NCBI GenBank assembly: GCA_038730205.1
Contig: JAVYRW010000001.1
Coordinates: forward strand, 1-47,345
Direction of reading: 5' to 3'
DNA length: 47,345 nt
From: Candidatus Micrarchaeaceae archaeon
GTDB taxonomy: Archaea; Micrarchaeota; Micrarchaeia; Micrarchaeales; CABMGC01
The notes beneath the pieces are model-generated. The model did not search any database. It worked only from the letters and a program-made list of their open reading frames with translations, and was not told where the DNA came from. Made by a program: the position numbers and the translations under genes. How positions within the stretch are numbered: position 1 is the first letter of the stretch; each line of letters begins with the position of its first letter. Shown one piece after another: positions 36,515-45,997 of this stretch.

Positions 36515-38356
36515 TTGAGTAAAACTATGAAGGGCCAATCAGCAATAGAATTTTTAACAACATATGGCTGGGCAATAATAATACTCATAATAGTATTGGC
36601 CTTTGTAGTTTATCTTCTAACATCATTAAATACTGTTGTTCCAAATACCTGCACATTTAATTCTGGTTTTTCATGTACTGATTTTTTGGTAGAAACAAAC
36701 TCATTATCCTCTACAGTTTTAATGCTTTTAAGTAACAACCAAAACTATCCGATAACTAGTGCAACAGCAGTTGTTAATTTGTCTTCAATAGGAACTGTAG
36801 TTGCACACTGTTTGCCTACCTATGTAATCCCTGGAGGGGATATCTTATGTACGGGTACGACTAGCAACATTATTGGTAATAATGTAGATTTAAGCGGCAA
36901 AGCAACTGTAAACGCAAGTGAATGTATTAGTATATCTAATCCAGTTGCATGCACTCAAAAGTATAATATAAACTACACCGCAACATTAAATACAAAAACA
37001 ACAACGTATGCTAACAACATTTGTTCTATATCTTTATCATTTACCACTGGTACTATAACTGGTGTCCAGTATCCATTATCAGCAGAGGTTACATTAAATG
37101 GAAATCCGATTTCCGGAGCAACAGTTAACTTTTCTTCTTCATCAAATTATCTATCTATAACTCCTCACTATGAAAATACTGTAGATAATGGAACAGCAAC
37201 TACTCATATATTTGCAGAAGCAAGCGGAAGTTATACAGTAACAGCGAAATTTTATACATGTTCAGTTTCATCAACATTTTCTTTCTCAAAATTAACTACA
37301 AATCAGAAATTAATTTTTGTTCCAATAAAAATTATCAATAATGAAAACTCAGTTACTCAACCTAATTTTCAGGATCAACTTTCATTTAATCCAAATACAT
37401 ACTTTTCATATGAAAAACAAAATCTTAGTAATATAGAATTTACTTTAAATGAACCTTATGGTATATCTGGAAGTGTACCACTTTATTCTTGGATAGAAAG
37501 TGGTGCATCTTCAACAGCAACAAAATCAATAGTTTGGGTTAATTTAGGTTCTCAAACATTAGGTCCTGTTGATACTAATCTAAATAACATAACTATTTAC
37601 ATGAACTTCTTACCAAACAACTCTCCAGTAACATCTGGTTATACCGGTTATGCGCCACAACTTTACTGCTCAGATGGCTGTTCCCAAATCTCGTATGGGC
37701 AATACGATAACGGAGGAAAAGTATTCAATTTTTATGATAATTTTGCTGGCACGTCACTAGATAGTAACTGGCAAACATACACCTCCACCTCTTATCCTCC
37801 TAATGTTTTTGTTTCGAATGGGTTAACATTTACTACAAACGATGTTTCAAGTGGCGGAGCTGACCTATACACTTCAAATAAAGTTTATTTTGTAGGCAAT
37901 ACTTTAGATTTCTACGGTTATATAGGTGCACAAGCTACTGGGGGTTATTCTGAACAGGGCTTCGGTTTTGGTTCGTATCCTCAAGGAGCATCTGACACAG
38001 GATTTGTAGTTCAGGGTATAAGTAGTTTATCAGGTTCTTCATTTTTTTATGTAGGAGGTCCTGATTTTTATGCTACAACACAAAGACAGTTAACCTCATT
38101 ACAAACAAACACCGGTTTGGGTATATGGACAGTTTCTATATTTAATGGTAACATTATTAGTTATTATAATTATTTAGATACGGGTTCCATTCAAGAACCA
38201 ACATCAACTTCTTCACAACTTAGCATGGCGATAGCAGCACAAGCAAATTCTGGGTATCCTAATAATCCTACATTTTTACAATGGTTTAGAATGCGCCAAA
38301 CACCGCCAAATGGAGTAATGCCTCAAAATATTTTTGGAACTGTTTCAAGTACCTAA
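36515..38356 (+). CDS. large surface protein with class III (archaeal type IV pilin-like) signal peptide and DUF2341/LamG-like domains
   Basis: 613-aa ORF. The N-terminus M(SKTM)KGQSAIEFLTTYGWAIIILIIVLAFVVYLL is a prepilin-peptidase motif (KG|QS) followed by a hydrophobic helix. The mid region LIFVPIKIINN...NFQDQLSFNP...IEFT...PLYSWIESG...VWVNLG resembles DUF2341. DNFAGTSLDSNWQTY resembles a concanavalin/LamG-like module. The start is TTG 36515 (AGGTG lies 7 nt upstream) or ATG 36527. Confidence 0.7.
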   Translation: MSKTMKGQSAIEFLTTYGWAIIILIIVLAFVVYLLTSLNTVVPNTCTFNSGFSCTDFLVETNSLSSTVLMLLSNNQNYPITSATAVVNLSSIGTVVAHCLPTYVIPGGDILCTGTTSNIIGNNVDLSGKATVNASECISISNPVACTQKYNINYTATLNTKTTTYANNICSISLSFTTGTITGVQYPLSAEVTLNGNPISGATVNFSSSSNYLSITPHYENTVDNGTATTHIFAEASGSYTVTAKFYTCSVSSTFSFSKLTTNQKLIFVPIKIINNENSVTQPNFQDQLSFNPNTYFSYEKQNLSNIEFTLNEPYGISGSVPLYSWIESGASSTATKSIVWVNLGSQTLGPVDTNLNNITIYMNFLPNNSPVTSGYTGYAPQLYCSDGCSQISYGQYDNGGKVFNFYDNFAGTSLDSNWQTYTSTSYPPNVFVSNGLTFTTNDVSSGGADLYTSNKVYFVGNTLDFYGYIGAQATGGYSEQGFGFGSYPQGASDTGFVVQGISSLSGSSFFYVGGPDFYATTQRQLTSLQTNTGLGIWTVSIFNGNIISYYNYLDTGSIQEPTSTSSQLSMAIAAQANSGYPNNPTFLQWFRMRQTPPNGVMPQNIFGTVSST

Positions 38357-38638
38357 TTAATATTATTTTTTAAAAGAAGTTTTTTCATCATATGTCTATT
38401 TGTTTCTTTTTTTAAGTCACATTTTAAAAATATATAAAATTTAATAATATATATTATTCGTATTACTGGAAAAATTTCTAATCATAATTTATATTTTTTC
38501 TACAAATTTTTAAAGACTTTTAAAGCCTATATAAATAATTGAATTTTAACAAATTTATATAAATCTTTTTAAGTTATACTAAATATGATGCTTCCGGTAA
38601 GGTATGGTTTAGTACTTATTTTGATTATGGGCGTTTAG

Positions 38639-38869
38639 ATGGTTAAAGAAAGCATTCATGAATATGTTCCGGTTCACACGATCCTCAGTGTAGACCAAAG
38701 TAAAAAAATGTTAGAAAATTTAGGTCTAAAACCAGAGAATCTTCCAAAACTTTCAAGTTCTAATACACAAGCAGTATACATAAAAGCCAAACCGGGAGAT
38801 ATTGTGGAAGTCAAAAGAAATGATTACGGTAAAGAATATTTATACTACAGATTTGTCGTAGAAGGTTAA
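38639..38869 (+). CDS. rpoH: RNA polymerase subunit H (Rpo5)
   Basis: 76-aa ORF with HEYVPVHTILS...LPKL...KPGDIVEVKR, the typical RpoH pattern. It is the first gene of the rpo operon. Confidence 0.88.
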   Translation: MVKESIHEYVPVHTILSVDQSKKMLENLGLKPENLPKLSSSNTQAVYIKAKPGDIVEVKRNDYGKEYLYYRFVVEG

Positions 38870-38877
38870 GTCCTTCT

Positions 38878-40392
38878 ATGTTGGTTGATATAATGGAAGA
38901 AAAAAATCTATTGTTAGCATCTTATTTGAATAATTCATCATTAGTACAGCATCAAATGGACAGTTTTAATCGTTTTCTTGATAACGGCATTGCAAAAGCA
39001 ATGGGCAATCAAAATATTATAGAGCCTAGCGTAGAGGGTTTCGCATTAAAATTAGGTAATGTGCGTATAGGTAGCCCTTCAATAATAGAGGCTGACAGTT
39101 CAAGAAGAAACATAATGCCTAACGAAGCTCGTTTAAGGAATATAACTTATGGAGCACCAATTTACATGGAAGTAGTTCCTGTAATAAGGGGCATAGAAAA
39201 AACCGCTTCATATGGAGAAGTTTATGTGGGAGATATACCTATTATGATAAGAAGTAACTCTTGTCATATAAAAAATATGAGTAGATCTCAATTAATAGAA
39301 AACGGAGAAGATCCTGATGATCCTGGAGGTTATTTCATAATAAAAGGTGTAGAAAGAGTACTAATAGGTTTAGATGATGTTGCATCAAATAGGATTATAA
39401 CTACAAAAGAGAAAAAAGGCACAGAGGTAAAATCTAGAGTATTTTCATCAACACCTGGATTTAGGGCACGTTGTGTTGTAAAAAGAACACAAAACGGAGC
39501 ATTTACGGTAGACTTTCCAACAATAAGTAGAAGTGTAGATTTTATTTTATTATTAAAAGCAATGGGAATGGATTTAGATGAAATTAAAGAATACTCATCA
39601 TCATTACTTCCATTTAAAAATGATATTTTGTTAAATATAGAGTTAAGTGTAATAAACAAAGAAAAACCCGAAACCGGAGTAATGACAAAACAAGAAGCAC
39701 TTTTAGAGTTAGGAAAGATGGCAGCTCCAGGACAAGCAAAAGAATACCAAATAAAAAGAGCAGAAACACAGATAGATAATTACTTGTTACCACATTTAGG
39801 AAGTGATGAAAAATCAAGATTACAAAAAGCAAACTATTTATTAGAAATGGCAAAAAAATCAACGGCAATAGCTAATAAAGTGGTAAGACAAGATGATAAA
39901 GATCATTATGCAAATAAAAGAACAAGATTTGCAGGAGAGTTAATGGAAGAACTTTTTGCATATGCATTCAGATTTTTCTTAAAGGAAGTAAAGTACCAAA
40001 TAGAAAGAATGAGTGCAAGAGGAAGAAGATTAAGTATGCAATCAATAATAAGTCCGGATACATTGACTGAAAAAATCGCATACGCTATGGGAACCGGAAC
40101 TTGGGTAGCTGGTCAAACTGGAGTTTCACAAGTACTTGATAGAACTAATTTCATAAGTACATATGCTCATTTAAGGAGAGTTAAATCACCACTCGCTAAA
40201 AAACATCCTCATTTCAGAGCTAGAGATGTTCACGGTACGCAGTGGGGTAAAATATGTCCTGCAGAAAGTCCTGAAGGTCAAGAAGTAGGTCTTACTAAAT
40301 ATCTAGCATTAATGTCAAAAGTAACAATAGGGGCAGATGAAGCAGTAACGGAAAAAGAGCTTAGAAAGCTTGGAGATATAAAATCTTTATAA
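38878..40392 (+). CDS. rpoB2: RNA polymerase subunit B'' (N-terminal part of split Rpo2)
   Basis: 504-aa ORF with conserved Rpo2 N-terminal blocks (QHQMDSFNRFL, EARLRNITY, GYFIIKGVERVLI, THLRRV, HGTQWGKICPAESPEG). Confidence 0.95.
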   Translation: MLVDIMEEKNLLLASYLNNSSLVQHQMDSFNRFLDNGIAKAMGNQNIIEPSVEGFALKLGNVRIGSPSIIEADSSRRNIMPNEARLRNITYGAPIYMEVVPVIRGIEKTASYGEVYVGDIPIMIRSNSCHIKNMSRSQLIENGEDPDDPGGYFIIKGVERVLIGLDDVASNRIITTKEKKGTEVKSRVFSSTPGFRARCVVKRTQNGAFTVDFPTISRSVDFILLLKAMGMDLDEIKEYSSSLLPFKNDILLNIELSVINKEKPETGVMTKQEALLELGKMAAPGQAKEYQIKRAETQIDNYLLPHLGSDEKSRLQKANYLLEMAKKSTAIANKVVRQDDKDHYANKRTRFAGELMEELFAYAFRFFLKEVKYQIERMSARGRRLSMQSIISPDTLTEKIAYAMGTGTWVAGQTGVSQVLDRTNFISTYAHLRRVKSPLAKKHPHFRARDVHGTQWGKICPAESPEGQEVGLTKYLALMSKVTIGADEAVTEKELRKLGDIKSL

Positions 40393-40408
40393 TTTTTAAA
40401 GTGATTTA

Positions 40409-42229
40409 TTGGACAACAAAAAAACATTTATATATTTGAATGGAAAGGTAATAGGTTTTGTAAATGAGCCACAAAAATTTGTAAACGAAGTAAGAACAAC
40501 TAGAAGAAAAGGTCAAATATCAGGAGAAATAAATATCGCATACTCTGAAAAATTAAATAGTATAAGCATTAATACTGATAGGGGAAGATTAAGAAAACCA
40601 TATCTTATAATTGAAAACGGCAAATCAAAACTTACTTCCGAACTATTAACGAAATTAAAAAACAAAGAAATTAATTTTAATTATTTAGTTAGAAACGGAG
40701 TGATAGAATACTTAGATGCAGAAGAAGAAGAAAATGCACTTGTTGCTATAGATGAAAAAGATATATTTGAAAAAACAACTCATCTTGAGTTTGATATGGC
40801 AGCAATTTTTGGATTATCGGCAAATGTAGCTCCATATGCAGAACACAACGCAATAGCAAGGCAGGCAATGAGTGCCAACTACATGAAACAATCTGAAGGT
40901 TTATATGCATCTAATTTCAATCAGAGATTTGATTCTAGAACATTCATATTGTTTTATCCACAGGCACCAATAGTGACAACGGTTCCGTATGAAGCATTAA
41001 ATATAAAGAAACACCCTAGCGGTCAAAACCTTGTTGTTGCAGTATCAACTTATTATGGTTACAACATGTCCGATGCTTTAGTATTAAATAAAGCCGCTGT
41101 AGATCGTGGAGTAGGAAGAAGTATGTTTTATAAATCATACTCTGATGAAGAAAGAAGATATCCAGGAGGTCAAAGAGATAAATTTAAAATACCCTCTCCA
41201 ACATCAGAAGGCTACATGGGTGAACACGCATACTCAAAGTTAAGCGAAGATGGAATAATAGAGCCTGAAGTAAATGTTGATGAAGGAGATGTATTAATAG
41301 GAAAAGTTGCACCTCCGAGATTTCTTGAAGAAAATATTGGTGCGGGTTCGTTAGAAGAAAGAACAAGAGACGATTCTGTAACATTAAAATCAGGAGAAAA
41401 TGGTGTTGTAGATAGTGTAATATTTACAGAAACACCCGGCGCAACAAGAACAGTAAAAGTTAGAATTAGAAGTATAAGAGTTCCAGAAAGAGGAGACAAA
41501 TTTGCAAGCAGACACGGACAAAAAGGAGTTGTAGCTTTGATATCATCTCCAGAAGATATGCCATTTACAGAGAGTGGAATAGTGCCAGATTTATTACTTA
41601 ATCCACACAGTATACCAACAAGACTTACATTCGGACACTTATTAGAAGAAATAGCAGGAAAAGCTGGTTCGGTAGGTGGTAGAAAGATAGATGGAACATC
41701 ATTTACCCAAACTGGAAATGAGAAATTAGCAGAATATGCTGAAATGTTAAAACAATACGGTTTTGATAAGTACGGCGATGAAATAATGTACGATGGTATG
41801 ACAGGCAGACCATTTAAAGCATCAATCTTTGTAGGTGTAGCTTATTACAATAGATTATATCACATGGTAAGTAACAAAATACAAGTAAGAAGCAGAGGAA
41901 AAGTACAGATATTAACACATCAACCTACAGAAGGAAAAGCAAGACAAGGAGCATTAAAATTCGGAGAAATGGAACGTGATGCTTTAATTGGTCACGGAGC
42001 AAGTTTGCTTTTAAAGGAAAGAATGCTTGATCAAAGCGACAAAACAACAGTTTTAATATGCAAACAATGTGGGGCAATGGGATTTTACGATTATATAAAA
42101 AGAGCAAACGTATGTCCGTTGTGTGGAAATAGTTCTTTGGTAAATGTAGAGATAAGCTACGCTTTTAAGGTGCTTTTAGATGAAATAAAGTCTATGCACA
42201 TAATGCCAAAGATAAAATTAAAAGAGTGA
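40409..42229 (+). CDS. rpoB1: RNA polymerase subunit B' (C-terminal part of split Rpo2)
   Basis: 606-aa ORF with a TTG start. It contains GDKFASRHGQKGV, PDLLLNPHSIPTR, FGEMERDALIGHGA and a C-terminal zinc ribbon (CKQCG...CPLCG). Confidence 0.95.
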   Translation: MDNKKTFIYLNGKVIGFVNEPQKFVNEVRTTRRKGQISGEINIAYSEKLNSISINTDRGRLRKPYLIIENGKSKLTSELLTKLKNKEINFNYLVRNGVIEYLDAEEEENALVAIDEKDIFEKTTHLEFDMAAIFGLSANVAPYAEHNAIARQAMSANYMKQSEGLYASNFNQRFDSRTFILFYPQAPIVTTVPYEALNIKKHPSGQNLVVAVSTYYGYNMSDALVLNKAAVDRGVGRSMFYKSYSDEERRYPGGQRDKFKIPSPTSEGYMGEHAYSKLSEDGIIEPEVNVDEGDVLIGKVAPPRFLEENIGAGSLEERTRDDSVTLKSGENGVVDSVIFTETPGATRTVKVRIRSIRVPERGDKFASRHGQKGVVALISSPEDMPFTESGIVPDLLLNPHSIPTRLTFGHLLEEIAGKAGSVGGRKIDGTSFTQTGNEKLAEYAEMLKQYGFDKYGDEIMYDGMTGRPFKASIFVGVAYYNRLYHMVSNKIQVRSRGKVQILTHQPTEGKARQGALKFGEMERDALIGHGASLLLKERMLDQSDKTTVLICKQCGAMGFYDYIKRANVCPLCGNSSLVNVEISYAFKVLLDEIKSMHIMPKIKLKE

Positions 42230-42233
42230 TTTT

Positions 42234-44816
42234 ATGCAAGCTGAAGTAATAAATTATATAAAATTTGGAATAGTTTCTCCTGAAGAATCAAAAAAACTTA
42301 GCGTAGCTAAGCTCACAGTGCCTGATACATACAACGAAGACGGTTATCCTATTGACGGTGGTTTATTAGATCAAAGATTAGGTGTTATAGATCCTGGTCT
42401 TATTTGTAAAACATGCGGTGCAAGAGCCAAAACATGTCCTGGTCATTTTGGTCATATTGAGCTAATAAGACCAGTAATACATTCTGAGTTTTCAAGAGTA
42501 ATATACAACATATTGCAATCCGTATGTTATGAATGTCATAGAATTTTAATTGATGAAAAACACATACAAAAAATAAAAGAAGATGTATTAACAAGCGAAG
42601 TGGGTGTTGTTCAAGGCGAATCAAAAGAAATGGAAGCAGAGGCAAAGGAAGCAAAAGAACAAGAAATACATAAAAACAGGGCTTCAGCAATGCAGAACAA
42701 AAAACTAAAAACAAGCAAAAAATGTCCTTATTGTAATGCGGTACAACCAAAAATAAGATTCTCACAACCTACTTATTTTACAGTTGGAGATAGAAAACTT
42801 AAACCTGACGAAATAAGAGATATGCTTTTAAAAATAAATTTTGATGACTTAAAAATAATAGGTATAGAAAAAGACGTAAGTAATCCATCATGGCTTATCT
42901 TAAACACACTTTTAGTCCCTCCTGTTAATGTAAGACCTTCTATAACTCTTGAATCAGGAGAAAGAAGCGAAGACGATCTTACACACAAATTAGTAGACAT
43001 AATGAGAATAAATCAAAGATTAGAACAAAATATAAACGCAGGCGCTCCACAGATTATAATAGATGATTTATGGGAACTTCTTCAGTATCATGTTACTGCA
43101 TATTTCAACAATGAAACATCAGGAATACCTCCTGCAAGGCACAGAAGCGGGAGAGCACTCAAAACATTAGCTCAAAGATTAAAAGGAAAAGAAGGCCGTT
43201 TCAGATACAATCTTAGCGGAAAAAGAGTTAATTATTCCGCAAGAACAGTTATAAGTGTAGATCCATATGTAAATATTGATGAAGTAGGTGTGCCAGAATC
43301 TATAGCAGCAAAACTAACTGTACCATTTTATGTAACGGAATGGAATATTGAAAGAGCAAAAGAACTAATACTAAATAAAAATTATCCAACAATACTTAAC
43401 ATAATTTCAAAAGACGGAAAAAGAAAAAGAGCAATGGATGCAAACAGGGAAGACCTAATAAAAGAACTTACAATAGGAGATATATTAGAAAGGCAATTAA
43501 TTGATGGGGATATAGTACTTTTCAACAGACAACCAACACTTCACAGAATCTCAATAATGGCTCATAAAGTAAAGGTACTTCCTGGCAAAACATTCCGTAT
43601 AAATTACTGTACATCCTCTCCATACAATGCAGACTTTGATGGAGACGAAATGAACCTACACGTACCACAAACATTAGAAGCACAAGCAGAAGCAAGATTA
43701 CTTATGGATGTAAAGTATCAAGTATTCTCACCTAAAAATGGCGGTGCAATAATAGCTAACGGTGAAGACGGAATAACAGGTATGTATGGTTTAACAAAAG
43801 ATGGCATTTCCTTATCTAGAGACGAAACAGAGTATCTTCTTGGTTTAGCTGGAATTTATGAATTGCCTGAACAACAAAAAGACGGTAAATTTTCCGGAAA
43901 AGATATATTCTCAAAATTACTTCCAAAAGGTATTTCTTACGAACAAAAAACACCAAACGGTGTTGTAAAAATAAAAAACGGCAAATTAATAGAAGGAACT
44001 ATAACTAATGACATTTACGGAAAAGGGAATGGTTTATTCATAAAAATAGCAATAGATTATGGTTATGATGAATTAAGGGATTTCATATTCCGATCAGCTA
44101 AACTTGCAGATGCATATGTAACCTTGGCCGGAGTAACAGTAGGTGTTAAAGAGTACGAAGTAGACCAAAAAATGGACTATGAAAGAACACAAATAATAAA
44201 AGAAACGTTCGAAAAAGTAGAAAAGCTAATTTCAGAATACAAGAATAAAAAATTAGAACCACTTATAGGTTATACCACAAGGGAGTCATTAGAAAGATTG
44301 ATAATTACAGAATTAAACACTGCAAGAAATAAAGCAGGAGATATATTAGTAAAACACGAAGGTGAAGGTAACAGCGCAGTGGAAATGACAAAGGCAGGTT
44401 CAAGAGGAAATGTTTTAAACTTAGAACAAATGAGCATGTTTCTAGGACAGCAAGCAACACTAAGCGGAGGTAGAATAAAAAGAGGTTATTACACTAATAG
44501 GGTACTCCCACACATTATTCCTGGAGACGTAGGTCCCGTTGCTCACGGTTTTATAACTACAAGTTACTTCTCAGGTATGCATCCTGTTGAGTTATTTATG
44601 CATGCTGTAGGTTCAAGAGGTTCTGAAGTATACAAAGCTCTCTTAACTGGAAGAAGCGGATATCTTTATAGAAGATTATCAAACGCGCTTCAAGATTATT
44701 ATATTAAAAATGATCTTAGTGTAAGAGATGTAAACAATAACATTATACAAACATTGTATGGCGGTGACGGAATAAGTCCAACAGAATCTAGATTTGCTGA
44801 GATAGAAAAGAGCTGA
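42234..44816 (+). CDS. rpoA1: RNA polymerase subunit A' (Rpo1N)
   Basis: 860-aa ORF with the zinc motif CKTCGARAKTCPGHFGHIEL, the catalytic NADFDGDEMNLH motif, and RQPTLHRISIMAH. Confidence 0.95.
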   Translation: MQAEVINYIKFGIVSPEESKKLSVAKLTVPDTYNEDGYPIDGGLLDQRLGVIDPGLICKTCGARAKTCPGHFGHIELIRPVIHSEFSRVIYNILQSVCYECHRILIDEKHIQKIKEDVLTSEVGVVQGESKEMEAEAKEAKEQEIHKNRASAMQNKKLKTSKKCPYCNAVQPKIRFSQPTYFTVGDRKLKPDEIRDMLLKINFDDLKIIGIEKDVSNPSWLILNTLLVPPVNVRPSITLESGERSEDDLTHKLVDIMRINQRLEQNINAGAPQIIIDDLWELLQYHVTAYFNNETSGIPPARHRSGRALKTLAQRLKGKEGRFRYNLSGKRVNYSARTVISVDPYVNIDEVGVPESIAAKLTVPFYVTEWNIERAKELILNKNYPTILNIISKDGKRKRAMDANREDLIKELTIGDILERQLIDGDIVLFNRQPTLHRISIMAHKVKVLPGKTFRINYCTSSPYNADFDGDEMNLHVPQTLEAQAEARLLMDVKYQVFSPKNGGAIIANGEDGITGMYGLTKDGISLSRDETEYLLGLAGIYELPEQQKDGKFSGKDIFSKLLPKGISYEQKTPNGVVKIKNGKLIEGTITNDIYGKGNGLFIKIAIDYGYDELRDFIFRSAKLADAYVTLAGVTVGVKEYEVDQKMDYERTQIIKETFEKVEKLISEYKNKKLEPLIGYTTRESLERLIITELNTARNKAGDILVKHEGEGNSAVEMTKAGSRGNVLNLEQMSMFLGQQATLSGGRIKRGYYTNRVLPHIIPGDVGPVAHGFITTSYFSGMHPVELFMHAVGSRGSEVYKALLTGRSGYLYRRLSNALQDYYIKNDLSVRDVNNNIIQTLYGGDGISPTESRFAEIEKS

Positions 44817-44820
44817 TTAA

Positions 44821-45873
44821 ATGGTAGAAAAAAATAACAAATATATTGTAAATTATGGTGAACCGGTAGGAATGGTAGCCGCTCAATCATTAGGCGAACC
44901 AGGAACACAGATGATTCTGAGAGCATTTCACTTTGCGGGTATTGAGTCAACAATAGCTACTTCAGGATTGCCTAGAATAGTTGAACTTGTAGATGCAAGA
45001 AAAAAACCAGCAACCCCAATAACTTATGTATATTTAACAGGAGAAGCAAAAAAAAGTTTTGATAAAGCAGAAGCCATAATGAAAAAAATAAGTGAAGTAA
45101 AGATGGTAACTATAATAAAAAGGGCATTAGAAAATTTTTCTAAAGGAATGATAAAACTTGTAGTAGATGAACAATCATTGGAAGCAAATAATCTAACACC
45201 TTCACAAGTTGCACAAAAAATATCAAAAAGATTAAATATATCGGCAAAAGTAGATAAAGATAAAAATATTTTAATAAAATTAAAAACTAAAAATGTTGCA
45301 GAGATTCGCGCAACAAGTGTAAAAATAATGAAAGATGTAATTCAAGGAATATCAGATGCAGGAAAAGCAATAATACAACAAGACACAAAAACGAATGAAT
45401 TTTATTTAATAGCGGCAGGAAGCAATATACGTGATATAATAGAAGTAGATGGTGTAGATAAAACTCGTCTATATACAAATGATGTATTTGCAATGTATAA
45501 TCTTTTTGGAATTGAAGCTGCAAGAAATACACTTGTAAACGAATTAAGAAAAACATTAAAAGAGCAAAAAATAGGAGTAGATACAAGACATTTAATGCTT
45601 ATTGCAGACGCCATGACTTATTCGGGATTTATAAAAGGAGTAGGTAGACATGGTCTTAGCGGTCAAAAGAACTCTGTATTTGCAAAGGCAGCATATGAAG
45701 AAACAGTAAAACATTTGGTAAATGCAGCGGCATTTAGTGAAGTAGATAACATGCGCGGTGTTACTGAAAATATACTTGTAGGTAAACAAATTCCTATTGG
45801 AACCGGTTCAGTAAGATTAACAATTAAAAAAGAGGATATGCAAAAAATAAAAGTATCATCAAAGAAAAAATAA
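44821..45873 (+). CDS. rpoA2: RNA polymerase subunit A'' (Rpo1C)
   Basis: 350-aa ORF with GEPVGMVAAQSLGEPGTQMILRAFHFAG and C-terminal ENILVGKQIPIGTG blocks. Confidence 0.95.
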   Translation: MVEKNNKYIVNYGEPVGMVAAQSLGEPGTQMILRAFHFAGIESTIATSGLPRIVELVDARKKPATPITYVYLTGEAKKSFDKAEAIMKKISEVKMVTIIKRALENFSKGMIKLVVDEQSLEANNLTPSQVAQKISKRLNISAKVDKDKNILIKLKTKNVAEIRATSVKIMKDVIQGISDAGKAIIQQDTKTNEFYLIAAGSNIRDIIEVDGVDKTRLYTNDVFAMYNLFGIEAARNTLVNELRKTLKEQKIGVDTRHLMLIADAMTYSGFIKGVGRHGLSGQKNSVFAKAAYEETVKHLVNAAAFSEVDNMRGVTENILVGKQIPIGTGSVRLTIKKEDMQKIKVSSKKK

Positions 45874-45997
45874 ATAATTTAATTGTATTCGTAAAAGAAA
45901 TAAACCATTAAAAAATCAATAAAGCTAAGGTTAATATATCTTAATACTTAATATTATATTAGTATAACAAGAACTATTTCTTGTTTCGGTGTATAAA

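Noticed and set aside
36416-36538. 41-codon N-terminal extension of the Taw1 ORF (MALHSFTQKLHLF...).
   Set aside because: It overlaps the start of the divergent pilin-like gene and its promoter region, and it has no counterpart in Taw1 proteins. The ATG at 36415 gives a normal-length enzyme.
38636-38638. In-frame TAG between the uORF and rpoH as a possible recoded (pyrrolysine or readthrough) codon.
   Set aside because: TAG clearly terminates tmk, the amidohydrolase, lhr and eif2a at normal protein lengths, and RpoH is full length from the ATG at 38639.
39330-45789. Numerous antisense or out-of-frame ORFs inside the rpo genes: 39330..39659, 39614..39868, 41184..41499, 41925..42107, 42400..43000, 44699..44953 and 45287..45789.
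   Set aside because: All are embedded in highly conserved RNA polymerase coding sequence on the opposite strand or in another frame, and their products are low-complexity.
45966-45985. Perfect 8-bp hairpin AACAAGAA-CTAT-TTCTTGTT just upstream of the DEAD-box helicase start. Considered as a cold-shock-type leader structure.
   Set aside because: A short stem made almost entirely of A:T pairs (one G:C per arm) is expected by chance. It is also too close to the upstream in-frame stop and the candidate starts to be distinguished from ordinary leader sequence without transcript data.
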